Below the pieces are notes generated by a model that was not told the DNA's origin, did not search any database, and saw only the letters and a list, made by a program, of their open reading frames with translations. A stretch of DNA of 64,000 bases from Glaucostegus cemiculus (Eukaryota). The position numbers and the translations under genes are program-made. This document shows, in pieces, positions 47,963 to 60,494 of this stretch (positions are counted from its first letter, which is position 1; every line of letters begins with the position of its first letter). The stretch lies in NCBI GenBank assembly GCA_976551045.1, contig CDPCPM010000029.1, forward strand, positions 33,666,001 to 33,730,000, written 5' to 3'.

Positions 47963-48951
47963 TTTCTTTTTCAATCTTTTTATTGATAACAAATCATTAC
48001 AGGTTAAGATATATAACAACAATGTTTACGCATGTATTAAAAAATATCAAGTAAATCATAGGTAATCATAAAAAAAAGCAATAAAGTATGATGTATATAA
48101 AATAAATAGTTCCAACAAAATCTCGGTTCGTAAGTGTAATATAAAAGATAAAAAAGAAAAAGATTTGTTATATAATTAGAAGAAAAAAACAAAAAAAAAC
48201 CCAAATCAATTTTAAAAAAATTTAAAAAATCATAATAATATAGAGTAAATTAAACCGAAAATGAATTTTAAAAAAAGGGGAAAAAAAGACAAAACAAGGA
48301 GAAAAAAAAACTGGGCTAAAATTCAATAGAAATAGAAAATATAATGTCGTCAGCTCCGTTTCTCTAAATTTTAAAAAAAGTTATAGAAGGGGAAACTACA
48401 TCGTATGAAAGTATTGAATAAATGGACTCCAAATATCTTCAAATTTAAGCGAAGAATCAACAGTACCACTCCTGATTTTTTCCAAATTAAGGCATGATAT
48501 AGTTTGAAAGAACCATTGAAAAGTGGTAAAGGGTATTGGATCCTTCCATTTGAGCAGGATGGCTCGTTTGGCCATCAATGTAACAAAATCAATCATACGA
48601 TTAGCAGAAGCAGGTAAATGGCCAGACTTTATCCATGGTAATCCAAAAATTGCAGTAATAGGGTGAGGTTGTAAATCGATCTTCAATACATCTGAAATAA
48701 TATTAAAAATGTCTTTCCAATATTTTTCCAAATAAGGACAAGACCAGAACATATGTGACAAAGAAGCCACGTTTGATTTACATCTGTCACATATAGGGTT
48801 TATACGATCATAAAAACGAGCTAGCTTATCTTAGGACATATAGGCCCTGAGCACAACTTTAAACTGTATCAATGAGTGTCTGGCACACATTGAGGATGTA
48901 TTAACTAAATGAAGAATTTTCTTCCAAGTCTCTATAGATATAGAAATCTGG
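47963..48951 (-). mobile_element. 5'-truncated L1-clade LINE (ORF2 C-terminal Cys/His domain + 3' UTR)
   Basis: CDRCKSNVASLSHMFWSCP...AKRAILLKWK; AATAAA and A-rich tail; 15-bp TSD AGTCCCTGCTTTTCC. Confidence 0.9.
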
Positions 48952-49409
48952 AGTCCCTGCTTTTCCGTGTGATTATAAATCCCATCCCTAAGAATTTCTT
49001 CTAATAGTTTCCCTACTACTGATGTAGGGTTCACTGGCTTACCCTGATCATCCTTCTTGAGCATGGGTGAAACATTATTTACCCTCCAGTCTTCTGGTTT
49101 CTCACCCATGGCTAAAGATGATGAAAAAATCTCCTCCCCATAACACCATGGGATATAAAAACCCTGGAGACTTGTGCATCAATATCTCCAGCACTTTCTC
49201 TTTCATGATGCACACATGTTCCAAACTATCAGCATAACCTTCCTGAACTCTCCATCCTCCCCATCCTTCTCCCTGATGAAGACTGATGCAAAATATTCAT
49301 TCCGAACACTACACATATCCCCGGGCTCTACACAAAGACTTCCCTTATGGTCTCTGAGGGGGTCTACTACTTCCCTCTGACTCACCTCCTGACATGCTAA
49401 ACCCTTTAC

Positions 49410-50095
49410 AACATGCACAATGCACCAGGTAAGGATATGATGAAACACTCTCCATTTGCCTGGATGAATGCAGCTGCAATAATGCTCAGGAAGCTCAATG
49501 CTATCTGGGACAAATCAACCCATTTGATTGCTTCATCACCCACCTCACTAAACTTTAATTCCCTCCATCACCAGCATACAGTGATTGCAGTCTGTACCAT
49601 CTCTAAAACACACTGAAGTTTTGACTTCTCTGAAAGCAGCTCCCAAATCCAGAGCCTTCACCACCCAAGGATGTAAAGGGCGTCAGGTGCATGGAAATAC
49701 CACCACCTGCGGCTTCTATTGGTATTAGTATTGATTGATTATTGTTGGTACAGTGAAAAACTTGTCTTGGATACAGTTTGTACAGATCAATTCATTACAC
49801 AGTACATTGAGGTAGTACAGGGTAAAAACAATAACAGGATACAAAGTGTCACAGCTATGGAAGAAGTACAGTGCAGGTAGACAATAACCATCCTGATTTG
49901 GAAATATATCATATTCTTTCATTGTAACTGGGTCCATATCCTGGAACTCATGAGCCAACTGCACCATAGGAGTTCCATTATGAAGAAGATTGAGCGGTTT
50001 AAGAAGGCGGCTCACCAACACCTTTTCAGGGGCAAGTAAAGGTAGGCAATTAATTCTGACCTTGCCAGCAAAACCCATATATTGAGAAGTGAATA
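49410..50095 (+). mobile_element. CR1/L2-group LINE 3' end, interrupted by a minus-strand Rex1-like tail (49720-49890)
   Basis: MKHSPFAWMNAAAIMLRKLNAIWDKSTHLI; insert matches the tail at 52235-52430. Confidence 0.7.
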
Positions 50096-51889
50096 ACAAA
50101 GTCTGGCATGCCAGTTTCTCAACATGCAAGACATAGCAGGAGAACCTGTCGTGTGAAACATTTTAAGGTTTTAAACTGTTTCTTTAAACTTTAAACTGTT
50201 GTATGAACAGTCTGAGAAATGCTCTCATATGGCCATACATGTTGTCAGGTTGCATGACCCCTTTAGAAGAGCAAACAGTAAAAGCTTAGTGGATTGTTCT
50301 TTGCAGGAAACAGATGAGAATCATTGTTTTCATATTTTTTCTCAGTTCTGCCATATCTTTTCACATTAGCAGCCAAGTATCTGGGTTTTTACGAAGAGTA
50401 AACACTTTGTCAGCTTTCTCATACCAGGCATTTCAAATGCCTCTTCTCTGGAGAGTGTGGCCTTACATTTTAACCAAGGTAATTGACCTTTCCTTCATTG
50501 CTTGTAGTGGCACATAAAGGACACTATCATAAGTATGTCCATGTATACTTCCAGAATTCTGCACTGGTGAGAAATGATGGAAATCTTTAAACCTTTGAAT
50601 ATGAGTTCATGAGAAATCTTAGATTAGTTCAGGATATAACAGTCCTTTTTATTTACAGTAAGCATATTTATGTCAATACTACAGCAAAAGAAATGGAGAG
50701 AAATCTTAATGTTCCTTCTCTCTACTTCCTGCTTTGTACAAATGCCCCAGTAATAATCCAGATGAGGGTAAGTGTGTGAGAGAGAGAGAGAGTGCAGGTA
50801 GTGCTCGACTAGTTTCACACGTAGCCTTGAATAGTTGCACAGCATAGATGTACAGTATGCAGTGCTCTGGTCAGTTTCAGCTGAAGGTGGTGGGTCTTAA
50901 TGACACTTTAATGAAGTGTGAACAGCTACATGAATTGCCTGAAATAGCCATGCCACTTAACATGGCGTAATTGACACTATGGTAATGAAAAATAGCTCCA
51001 CTTGCCCAACTGCCTGAGGCAACTGGGATAAGTAGCAGAATAAATTGTGGTAACTGCAATTCCCACAAATTTCTTTTTTTTTTAGGTCAACATATTTCAT
51101 TGGTAGCCCTTGAGTGAAAATCTTTTAAAAAAAAGCAAATGGAATCTTTCTGACCACGCTGGCAACCCTACACTTGCAGGTATCCAGGCTGGATATGGAA
51201 AACCTATTTCACTGGGTCCAAACACCTTTGACTGCTGTGATGTGCTCTCAGCACCATTGGACCTTGGGTGGCTCGGTGAGATGAGGAGGCTCTGACTCTC
51301 AAATCCCCACCTTGTCTTTGACAGTGACGCCAAGGGCAGGAATTTGCCAGGTGTAAAAACTAAAATTAACTTCCATCATTCTTAAATAAACACTTAGAAA
51401 AACAATTTAAAATTGAAGTTGATAATTAATAAAAAGGGAAAAAATATAAAGTTAACTGAAAACACATTTGCATTTTTTATGCAAATAATAAAAATGTTCC
51501 TCTTCCCTTTGATCTTAACCCTATCCTACAATCCCCGTAGAAACCTCTAACCATTATTTCCCAAATGTTTAACATTCTTGAAAAATCGTGGGTCATTGAA
51601 TGCAGTTCACCATCAATAAGCATGAAGCTCCATAGGATTAGAACTATTCCCAGTCCTTAGCTTGATCCTTAAACTAATTGCCTATTTCATGTACTGTGAA
51701 ATCTTTCTATTGCAATTGATCCCAATAAATGAATATGGGTTCAATCCAATAGTTTAATAGGTGTGCTTTGCTTCTACAGTGTTTACATAACTTCAGCTCT
51801 TGCTTTGAGCATCCATTGAAAGCTCATTAAAAAGATGACAGATTACAGGATGATTTCATCATTTGGTGAATGTAAAACAATTTAAATTC

Positions 51890-52140
51890 AAGTAAACCAT
51901 AGCCATGAAACTGCTGGATGGTCATTAAAATCCACCAGGTTCACTGATATCCTTCGAGAAGGAATAAAATCTGCCATCCTTAACCAATCTAGCCTATAAG
52001 TGACCACACACTCAATAAATGGTTGATTCTCAACCATCCTCAGCAATGATCTTCAAGCGACTCAGGTCGGGGCCTATAAGGACGGATAATAAATACTGCC
52101 TTTACCAGTAATATGTACATCCTTGGGATAAATAAAAGTG
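51890..52140 (+). mobile_element. Short non-autonomous retroposon remnant
   Basis: Core GGTTCACTGATATCCTT...AATCTGCCATCCTTAACC followed by a tail resembling 50030-50095. Confidence 0.5.
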
Positions 52141-52237
52141 AAAAGGAAGAGCATTGTGAGAAAATTCATTTGTCTGCCATCCCCCACTTTTCAATTCTTT
52201 CTTCAGTTCTTCTCATAATTATTGCAGCCTATGGTAC

Positions 52238-53248
52238 TGAATTGGAATTGGAATTGGTTTATTTTTGTCACTTGTACTGAGGTACAGTGAAAAACTTGTC
52301 TTGCATGCCATTCATACAGATCAATTCACTACACAGTGCATTGAGGTAATATGAGGTAAAACAATACAGAGTGCAGAAAGAAGAGTCACAGCTACAGAGA
52401 AAGTGCAGTGCAGGTAGACAATGAGGTGCAAGGTCATAACAAGGTATATTGTGAGGTCAAGAGTCCATTTTATTGTACGTGGGAGCCATTCAATAGTTTT
52501 ATAACAGTGGGATAGAAGCTGTCCTTGAGCCTGGTGCTTTTGTATCTTCTGCCAAATGGAAGAGGAGAGAAGAGAGTATGTCTGGGGTTGGTGGGGCCTT
52601 TGATTATGCTGGCTGCATTACCAAGGCAGTGAGAGGTATAGGCAGAGTCCATGGAGGGGAGGCTGGTTTCCATGATGTGCTGAGCTGTGTCCACAACTCT
52701 CTGCAGTTTCTTGGTTTCAGGGGCAGAGCAGCTGCCATACCAAGCCATGATGCATCCAGATAGGATACTTTCTATCGTGCATCGATAAAAGTTGGTGAAT
52801 GTCAAGGTACACATATCAAATTTCTTTACCCTCCTGAGGAAGTAGAGGTGCTAGTGAGCTTTCTTGGCTGTGGTGTCTACGTGGTTGGACCAGGACAGGC
52901 TAGTGGTGATGTTCACTCCTTGGAACCTGAAGCTCTCAACCCTCTTGACCTTAGCACAGTTGATGTAGACAGGATCATGTGCACCATACCCCCTTCCTGA
53001 AGTCAATGACCAGCTCTTTTGTTTTGCTGACATTGAGGGAAAGGTTGTTGTCATGACACCATGTCACTAAACTCTTTATCTCCTTCCTGTACTCCGACTC
53101 ATCGTGAGATACGGGCTACTACAGTGGTATCATCTGCAAACTTGTCGATGGAGTTAGAGCAGAATCTGGCTATGCAGTCACGAGTGTATAAGTAGAGTAG
53201 GGGGTTGAGGACTCAGCCTTGTAGAGCACCAGTATTGAGAATAACCAT
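52238..53248 (-). mobile_element. Rex1/Babar-like LINE, degenerate RT to 3' end
   Basis: NFYRCTIESILSGCIMAWYGSCSA, KFADDTTVV; (CCAATT)n tail. Confidence 0.9.
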
Positions 53249-53289
53249 GCCAGAGAATCTGGTGCCCACACTGTGGCAAAGTTCTGGAG

Positions 53290-53560
53290 GTAGAAACACA
53301 TTAGGGAAGAGATTCAATAAGAAAATGAGTGGAAACCTTTTCAACCAGAAGGTGCTCAGTACATGGAATGAGCTGCCAGGGGAAGTGATTGAGGCAGGTA
53401 CATTTAAAAGATACTTGGACAGGTACATGGATAGGAAAGGGTTAGAGGGATATAGGCCAAACACAGGCAAATAGGACGAGCTAAAATGGGAATCTTGGTC
53501 ATCATTAACCAGTTGGGCCAAAGGGCCAGTTTCCGTGCTGTATGATTTTATGACTCTATG
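53290..53560 (+). mobile_element. CR1 3' end
   Basis: GNLFNQKVLSTWNELPGEVIEAGTFKRYLDRYM; GGGCCAAAGGGCC stem; ACTCTATG tail. Confidence 0.88.
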
Positions 53561-53835
53561 ACCCAGAGTGAATCTGAATCAAGAATATCAGTGGCATATT
53601 CAACTGGAGAAGACATCACACTGTACACTTTAATATTTCCATCCATTCAACACAAACAAATTGTAGTCATGGAAAGGGGAGAAAATAAACAACCAGGCTT
53701 CTTTTAACAAACTATGAACAAAACTTGTGCTATTAGATGGAAGAGTCATTTGACATCCATTAAATCACAAGCTGGCTTTTCAAACAACTGCTTCATCATA
53801 AAATAAGAAAATAAAATTATAGTTGTTTGAATGAT

Positions 53836-53960
53836 GAATCAGAATCAGATTTATTACAACTGACATGTGACGTGAAATGTATTGTTTTGCAGAAGCAGTA
53901 CAGCACAAAGAAAAAGAAATCTATAAATTACAAAAATAAATAAATAGTGCAAGAAAAAAA
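53836..53960 (-). mobile_element. Rex1-like 3' tail fragment
   Basis: Similar to 5434-5560. Confidence 0.7.
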
Positions 53961-55299
53961 AGGATGAATGGTAGGAGAGGAAGACTTGCTACCATTCATT
54001 GATGCTTGCAGTTCAGTGGTGATTTTTTTTTCTTTTAGTGATTTCTCATATTAAGTTCTTGAATTTCCAATAATGTTTAAAGTAGTTTGGCCATCTTTCA
54101 TCTCAGTATGGTCTTGATTTGGGTCAGTAGTCAAATGGTTGTATATGTACATAAATCTTATGTAACTCTTTTCTGCTGGATTCCCATTTGTTTGAAGGCT
54201 CACTGGTAGGGATTACAAACACTGAGCTGAAGCAGATGGAAGTCCAGATAATATATGCAGAAGGGAGTGGTACTAATTTCAGGCCAAGGAATGAATGCTG
54301 CCAAAACCCCTGCAAAAATGGTTTGATGAGCAAGTTCTGCTTGGACTTGCAAGCAGCAGGGTGTTAAAAAAACATAAATGTGCAAACTTCAAGTTCTCAA
54401 TGAAGGGAAATTAAATGCTTATCACTGTGGACCAACATTTATTTGAGGACCCACCACTAGCAGACATCATACACTACTGACATTTCTTTCACTGACCGTC
54501 TCTGGGCTTCTGGTTGGAGGGTGGGGAAGTGTCGTCACAGGACGCAGATGCCCCTAGGTTGGGAGTGACTGGAGTGGGTGTCCGGTTGCAGATCAGTCAA
54601 GGAGACAGTGGCTGGAGTTTGGCAGAGGTGGTTGATGACAAGGATTTGGTTAGGTAGGTGTGGGAGGGTCTCATTATCCAGGGATTCACTGAGGGTATGA
54701 GCTAGGGAAGGGGTGGGGTCAGTGTTCAGGGCAAGGAGCAAGAGTATCAATATTCAGGGATTAGACTATGGGTTGTGCCAGGGATTGTGTCAGATGCTGG
54801 AAAGTATTGGGTGGGTGGGGTGGGGGGCAGGAATCAGAAATTGTTGGCCTTGGGGAGGGTTGACTGATTGATAGTTAGAGGGGGAGAACCTGGGGACTTG
54901 GAGGCATTGGGAGTTGTGACCAGGAGTGAGGTAATGATGGTGGTGGTGATGGTGGGAGGGGCAGTGACTGAATGGTTAGTAAATATATTACTTAAGGGAT
55001 ACCTAAATGGTGTTAATTTGTGGTGCTGAACTTCATAACTTGCAGCATATCAAGGGCGGTTGCCTTTAAGTGAAGCTGAAGAAGGCCTGACAAGTACTAT
55101 ATCTGCAAGAGTGGCAATTCATGCATGAAAATAAATGTCAGGAATAGTGCCCAGTCATGCTATCAGATGTCTCTGCTCATACCTAAGCTCCTCTGTGCAT
55201 TAGAGCCTCAGGTACACAGAGAGAAAGGAAGGAAAATCATGGACTTCATGTAACTCACAGAATGTCCCTGATTTTCTTTTGCAATTGAGCTTTTTCAAC

Positions 55300-55900
55300 G
55301 AAAGAAAATTATGCAGCATAGAAGAGTTGAGTACTGAATGATCCAATTTCTGGGCATTAGATAATACATTCGGCCAGTTGAAGGCATATTTGTAATTTTT
55401 TAAAATATCAATTGGGACTTTGACATTCTTGTGTTTTTGTGACTTGCGGACCTCTGTGATTGGCGATAGAAGTTTCAATACCTGCATATTGGAAACAGGG
55501 ACCAGTGTGAGGGTGTTAGGCTGCCCAACAGGTGCTGTGACCTCTCCTATTTGTATGCACCTGAATCTGTGCACCAGTATACACTTGGCAGATGTAATTG
55601 ATGAGGTATCTTCTGAAGTGTTGTTACATTAACAGGCTCTCAGTGCAATCACAGCAGACAGTGACTAATATTGTACTGGAAGGTTTTTAAGAAGCATCCC
55701 TCATGCAAATTTCTCCAGGATCAGCTGAAAAGTACCCATCAAATGAAAGTTTGTTGCCACTTTGATACTGGCAGCTATTGACAATGTGCTCCTCATCCTG
55801 CTCTGGGGTTACACTGTAGTTTGAAGTACATTTCAATTAGTCCGTTCTTGCCAATGTACAGATATGTCACATATAGTTTCTTCCTGCAATTCACCCAGTG
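55300..55900 (-). pseudogene. Degenerate PIF/Harbinger (HARBI1-like) transposase fragment
   Basis: Manual translation across frameshifts: PQSRMRSTLSIAASIKVATNFHLMGTFQ, GEIC, NISH, TESL, IDILK, MLHNF, in the order expected for a DDE_Tnp_4 transposase. Confidence 0.5.
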
Positions 55901-56162
55901 GATTTGCTCCCTGGATACTGTGAGTGTTACCTTTGTGGGTCCTCCCATTCCTCCTTTCAGCGTCATGTCATCCTGTGACATTTTCATAGTCGTGCAGTAT
56001 TCTTTGAGGAGTACTTGGGAGAAAATGGCCTGAGAAACTTAGAATCTTTGAACACATGTTAGAGCATACAGGACATAGACTTCAGTAAATTAAAAGAAAA
56101 CTCAAGAAAGAATCAAGAACTTGTAGAATTGTTCTGATGGCAAGCACAAATCAACAGTGAAC

Positions 56163-56452
56163 CAATGTAGTGTAGTGGTTAGCGTAACACTTTACAGCGC
56201 CAGTGACCTGTGTTCAAATCCGGCCATTGTCTGTAAGGAGCTTGTATGTTCTCCCTGTGTCTGTGTGGGTTTCCTCTGGGTGCTCTGATTTCCTCCCACT
56301 TTCCAAAGGCGTACAGGTTATGAAGTTGTGGGCATGCTATGTTGGCACTGGAAGCATGGCGACACTTGCAGTCTGCCCCCAGAACACTACGCAAAAAGAT
56401 GCATTTCACTGTGTGTTTCAATGTACATGTGACTAATAAAGGTATCTTATCT
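56163..56452 (+). mobile_element. Full-length V-SINE with Rex1-like tail
   Basis: A box GTAGTGGTTAGCG, B box GTTCAAATCC, V domain, tail TTTCACTGTGTGTTTC..TGTACATGTGACTAATAAA. Confidence 0.92.
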
Positions 56453-58303
56453 CACTTTCAGTTGTGGGAATGAGGAGAAGTGTCTTTCTTGCTGCTCAAC
56501 CTGTGTTGAACTAACTATACTTAAGAGTGCAGTCAGCTCCAATTTAGCAATGCCAATACTAATCACCGTTACATACCACTTGGCTACCCTTCTGACTTCA
56601 GCACTAATTTCAAACACACAGACAGATTTTGTACCCAAGCTGTCTTACATCTGAAAAACAGAATTCTCTCATTAGCTTACCAAGGACCTATCATCAGAAG
56701 CGGCATCAGAGACGATGTGCTGCAAAGGTGCAAAACCTTTGACGTTACCTGAAAGTTCCCTGTACTTCTTGATGCAAAAGGATTCACATCGTTAGTGCTA
56801 AATGCTATTGTGATTCATTTCTATATAGGCTTAACATACATACTAAACTCTTCTCTCTTTAAAGGAACTAACTTATTTAGGTAAACTGGTGACAGTTATA
56901 AAATGAGGAGAAAGAAATAGTCACAGTAATTTTCATACTATTATTTTTAGAAAACATAAAGGAATTCGTACTTGCAAAGTGGAAATCAATGTCAAAGAAT
57001 AAACAAATATTCAACTTTTAAAGCATTAAGTTCATAATATTAACAATATTAATAACATTCATTTTGAAGTTGTGCTTCTCCTGTGCAGACTGAGGTTGGT
57101 TTAATTGATAAATGTAAGTGCCCACCAGTAGAGTGGAATGTTTTCTGAGCACTTTGTTTTGTATCTCTATCTACAAAGTATTACCAGTTCCAGCTGCTCT
57201 TAAGTAATACTATTCTCAGACAGTGATATATAATATATAGATATATATAACATATATTATGTATGAATATAATATCACTTTGTTACCTCTTTGAAAATAT
57301 GAAAGAGGTTGGAAATGCTGACAATCACTGACAGTTTTTTTTCTGAATCCACAAAATATGGCTGTATCGAGGGGGGAGGACAATAGTGTTACACCTTTAC
57401 ATGATTCACTTAAGACGATTAAGAAAGCACTTTAGCTAGTCACTTTCAAGATTTAGTCTCCAGGGTATAGTTGTATTACATCTTTGGACCACAGTCTTCA
57501 ATACGTCTATCTACATTGCAGTCATAAAACCATTTTCAGTGGCGGTTTCAGTAGTGTAGACGGCTGAGAGAATATTTGGCAAAATGAAGTATGCCTAAGG
57601 CACTCAGAGGACTCTGAGGGTGTGATTTATATGTTTTTAATGCCAGGTTTTGACTCCTGAGATGATGGTGCCTGACTGGAAGTTGACCACCAGAATCCAT
57701 AATCAGTAGGGTGTTAGATGATAATTTACAGAATTAAGATTGTTGATTACAATCAAAACAAGTATACAAAAGATGTGCTGAAGCAAATATTAGATATGGT
57801 CTAGTTACAAACAATGGATCACCTAGCACCAATTTTTTTTCAATGGGTGTGGGTTTTACTCAGAATTAGGGCTGTCATTTGTAAACACACACTTGTAGCA
57901 AGTTTCTTGCTACTTGTTAAATTGAGGTGCACACATATTGTGTGCATGTGCCAGAAGTTTCTAGAATGTTGCTGTCATCAGTTTTCACCAAGCACAGATT
58001 TGATACCTGCCATGACAGATTGTGGCACATCCATCCAGTGTGAACCAGGTATGAAAAACCTGGTCTTAACAGCAGGTACAACCAAATGTCTCCCTCAACC
58101 CACCACAACATCATTCTCCTCAACATGCACTTTTCCCAATTACTTACAGACTTGTTAAGAGCCAAAGGAGAGATGAGCTTGAAATTTTCTACCTAATTTG
58201 GAAATCTGAGATGAAATTCAGATGTCAGTGTGTATGAAGGATGTTCCCTCAGCCTCTGACCGGGAGATTTACTTGTCGTTTCAAAAGTCCTCTAGCATGA
58301 TCA

Positions 58304-58346
58304 TGAGGAGGAGGAGGAAGAGGAAGAAGAGGAGGAGGAGGAGGAG
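58304..58346 (+). repeat. (GAG/GAA)n purine repeat
   Basis: gaggaggaggaggaagaggaagaagaggaggaggaggaggaga. Confidence 0.9.
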
Positions 58347-58399
58347 ACAAAGTGAAGGATCCATGTTCTTGATCAAGAGAGAGGAGTTAGAAGTACTCC

Positions 58400-58675
58400 T
58401 ACCAGGATAGCCTATCATCCATGAGCAATATGGGAATAAAATCTGTATCTCCATCTCACAAAGGAGCAGTGAATTCATGAGATTCTCCAAAGAAGTGTTG
58501 ACTGACAATTGACACCCTTGTTGATAGAGATTGAGCCAGAGCTAAATATAACAGTGAAGAGGAGGGAAGTTTCTTGTTTCTCTCTGGACAGAGAGCAGCA
58601 AGCAATGAGAATATGCAGATCAGCAGAGACAGTCTGTTTACCAATAGTTCAGGGAGTTAGAGATTGTATTTATTT
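58400..58675 (+). pseudogene. Degenerate PIF/Harbinger transposase N-terminal fragment
   Basis: YLHLTKEQ*, MRFSKEVLTD, FSLDREQQAMRICRSAETVCLPIVQGVRDC resemble HARBI1-like YLxLSEEQC, LRFxKEVVTEIC and FPxVQGAIDC. Confidence 0.6.
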
Positions 58676-58689
58676 GTTTTTTTAAGGCT

Positions 58690-59530
58690 CTTCACAGCTT
58701 GTTCTTCTTGATTAATAATGGAAGGGGCTCTCAGTCACTGCTTGTACAATCGTTAAAGCACTTTGGAGGGCAGGGGTTACTGCTGCTCAGTAGACTATGC
58801 ATTTTGTGCCAGATCCGAGGTCTTGATCTTCAATGACCCTCTTCCTCAATCAACCAGAGGCTGTGCTAACTCATTGAAGCAGGTGGTGAATTTCTTCGAC
58901 AAAGTCTGCCATTAGTGAGACTTGGCTCCAGAGATATGAGAAGTGGTCTGCATTTTCCAGGTCTTATCTTGAACCTTTATTGCTGAAGGACAGTGTAATC
59001 AGTAGGGGCAGGATGGTAGAGTACCTTTGTTGTGCAGACATTAAGGCCCATTTTGTTGTATTTTTCAGTAAAAGCATCGATGATGGCTTGGAACTTGGCC
59101 TCTGAGCATACAAAGATACAAGTGCTGTCTGCATACTGCAGCTGAAGTAACAAGGCTTGGGTAAACTCTGATTCTGGTGTGTTGTTGCTGCAAGGGGGTT
59201 GAAGAGTTTTTCCATTGGCTCTGAAGCTTAGCTCCACTGTTGCAAGAAGCTTGTTGGAGTGAAACAAAATGGATTTGCAAAATAGATTAAGCAAAGTGGG
59301 CAGCCCAACCCAGCTCTGTTTAACACCATTCTTTACTGAGAATGGTTCTGATATGGACCCTTTGGTTAATATCAGGGTTTGCAAGCCATTGTGAAGCATG
59401 TGTAAGATGGAAATGAATTTCTCTGGTTGTCAAACTTAAAGTGAATATTCCACAGTCCCACCAAATGATGGAGTCAAAGGTTTTTCTTGTTAGAGAAGCC
59501 AAAAGTCTCTTCACAGATGTTAATTATGAG
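58690..59530 (-). mobile_element. Degenerate RTE-clade LINE RT fragment
   Basis: ISEPFSVKNGVKQ...PTLLNLF, LQLQYADSTC, MGLNVCTTKVLY. Confidence 0.85.
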
Positions 59531-59565
59531 AAAGTTCTGGGTAACCTATAAACTGTGCACAGTTC

Positions 59566-59860
59566 ATGGTAGTGTAGTGGTTAGCGCAATGCTATTACAG
59601 CGCAAGTGACCTGGGTTCAATTCTGGCCACTGTCCATAAAGAGAATGTACATTCTCCCCGTTTCTGTGTGGGTTTCCTCTGGGTGCTCCGGTTTCCTCCC
59701 ACATTCCAAAGATGTATAGGTTAGGAAGTTGTGGGCATGCTATGTTGGCACCGGAAGCGTGGCAACACTTGCGGGCTGCCCCCAAAACACTCTACACAAA
59801 AAGATGCTTTTCACTGTGTGTTTCGATATACATGTACATCTAATAAAGATATCTTCCCTT
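59566..59860 (+). mobile_element. Full-length V-SINE with Rex1-like tail
   Basis: Same family as 56163. Confidence 0.92.
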
Positions 59861-60166
59861 ATATTTCTGGAATGGCTGGGGAATATCAGCAAACAGAGAG
59901 TAGTAGAAATCTGGCAGTCCATACTGAATAGGCTTGAGGTGTAGCAAGGCCTGCTCTTGTTCTGTTGTCTTAATCCTGATTATTTTCAATGAATGGCCTG
60001 TAGTTCTGTTCTCGTTCACAAGTCGAAGAGCAATGTAAAGTTGGGCTGTGTCGCTCCAGTTATTTTAGTACAACACAGGACAAGCAACTTTCATTTTCAT
60101 TTGTTAATTTTGAGCACTTATATTTATTGCAACTCGTTCTGTTCAGCAATCATAGAATTGTTAAAA

Positions 60167-60460
60167 TAAGATAAGATCTTTATTAGTCACATGTACATCA
60201 AAGCACACAGTGAAATACATCTTTTGCGTAGTGATTTTGGGGGGCAGCCCACAAGTGTCACCATGCTTCCGGCATCAATATAGCATGCCCACAACTTCCT
60301 AACCTGTACTTCTTTGGTAAGTGGGAGGAAACCGGAGCACCCGGAGGAAACCCACACAGACACGGGGAGAACGTACAAACTCCTTACAGACAGTGTCCAG
60401 ATTTGAACTCATGTTGCTCGCACTGTAAAGCATTGTGCTAACCACTATGCTACCGTGCCG
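60167..60460 (-). mobile_element. Full-length V-SINE with Rex1-like tail
   Basis: Reverse complement of the 56163/59566 family. Confidence 0.92.
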
Positions 60461-60494
60461 TACTGCATGGAAAGAGGCCATACGATTCATTGAG

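Larger units (their letters stand above)
46307..49400 (-). mobile_element. CR1 LINE (RT to 3' end) interrupted by a Rex1-like insert (46349-46760) and an L1 insert (47963-48951)
   Basis: Peptides PEDWRVNNVSP, VVGKLLEEILRD, VRSHLEYCVHFWS, GGLIEVYKII. Confidence 0.88.

Noticed and set aside
48831-49109. In-frame CR1-L1 chimeric ORF
   Set aside because: Chance fusion at the L1 5' junction (the TSD lies at the switch point); both parts are degenerate and it stops after 92 aa.
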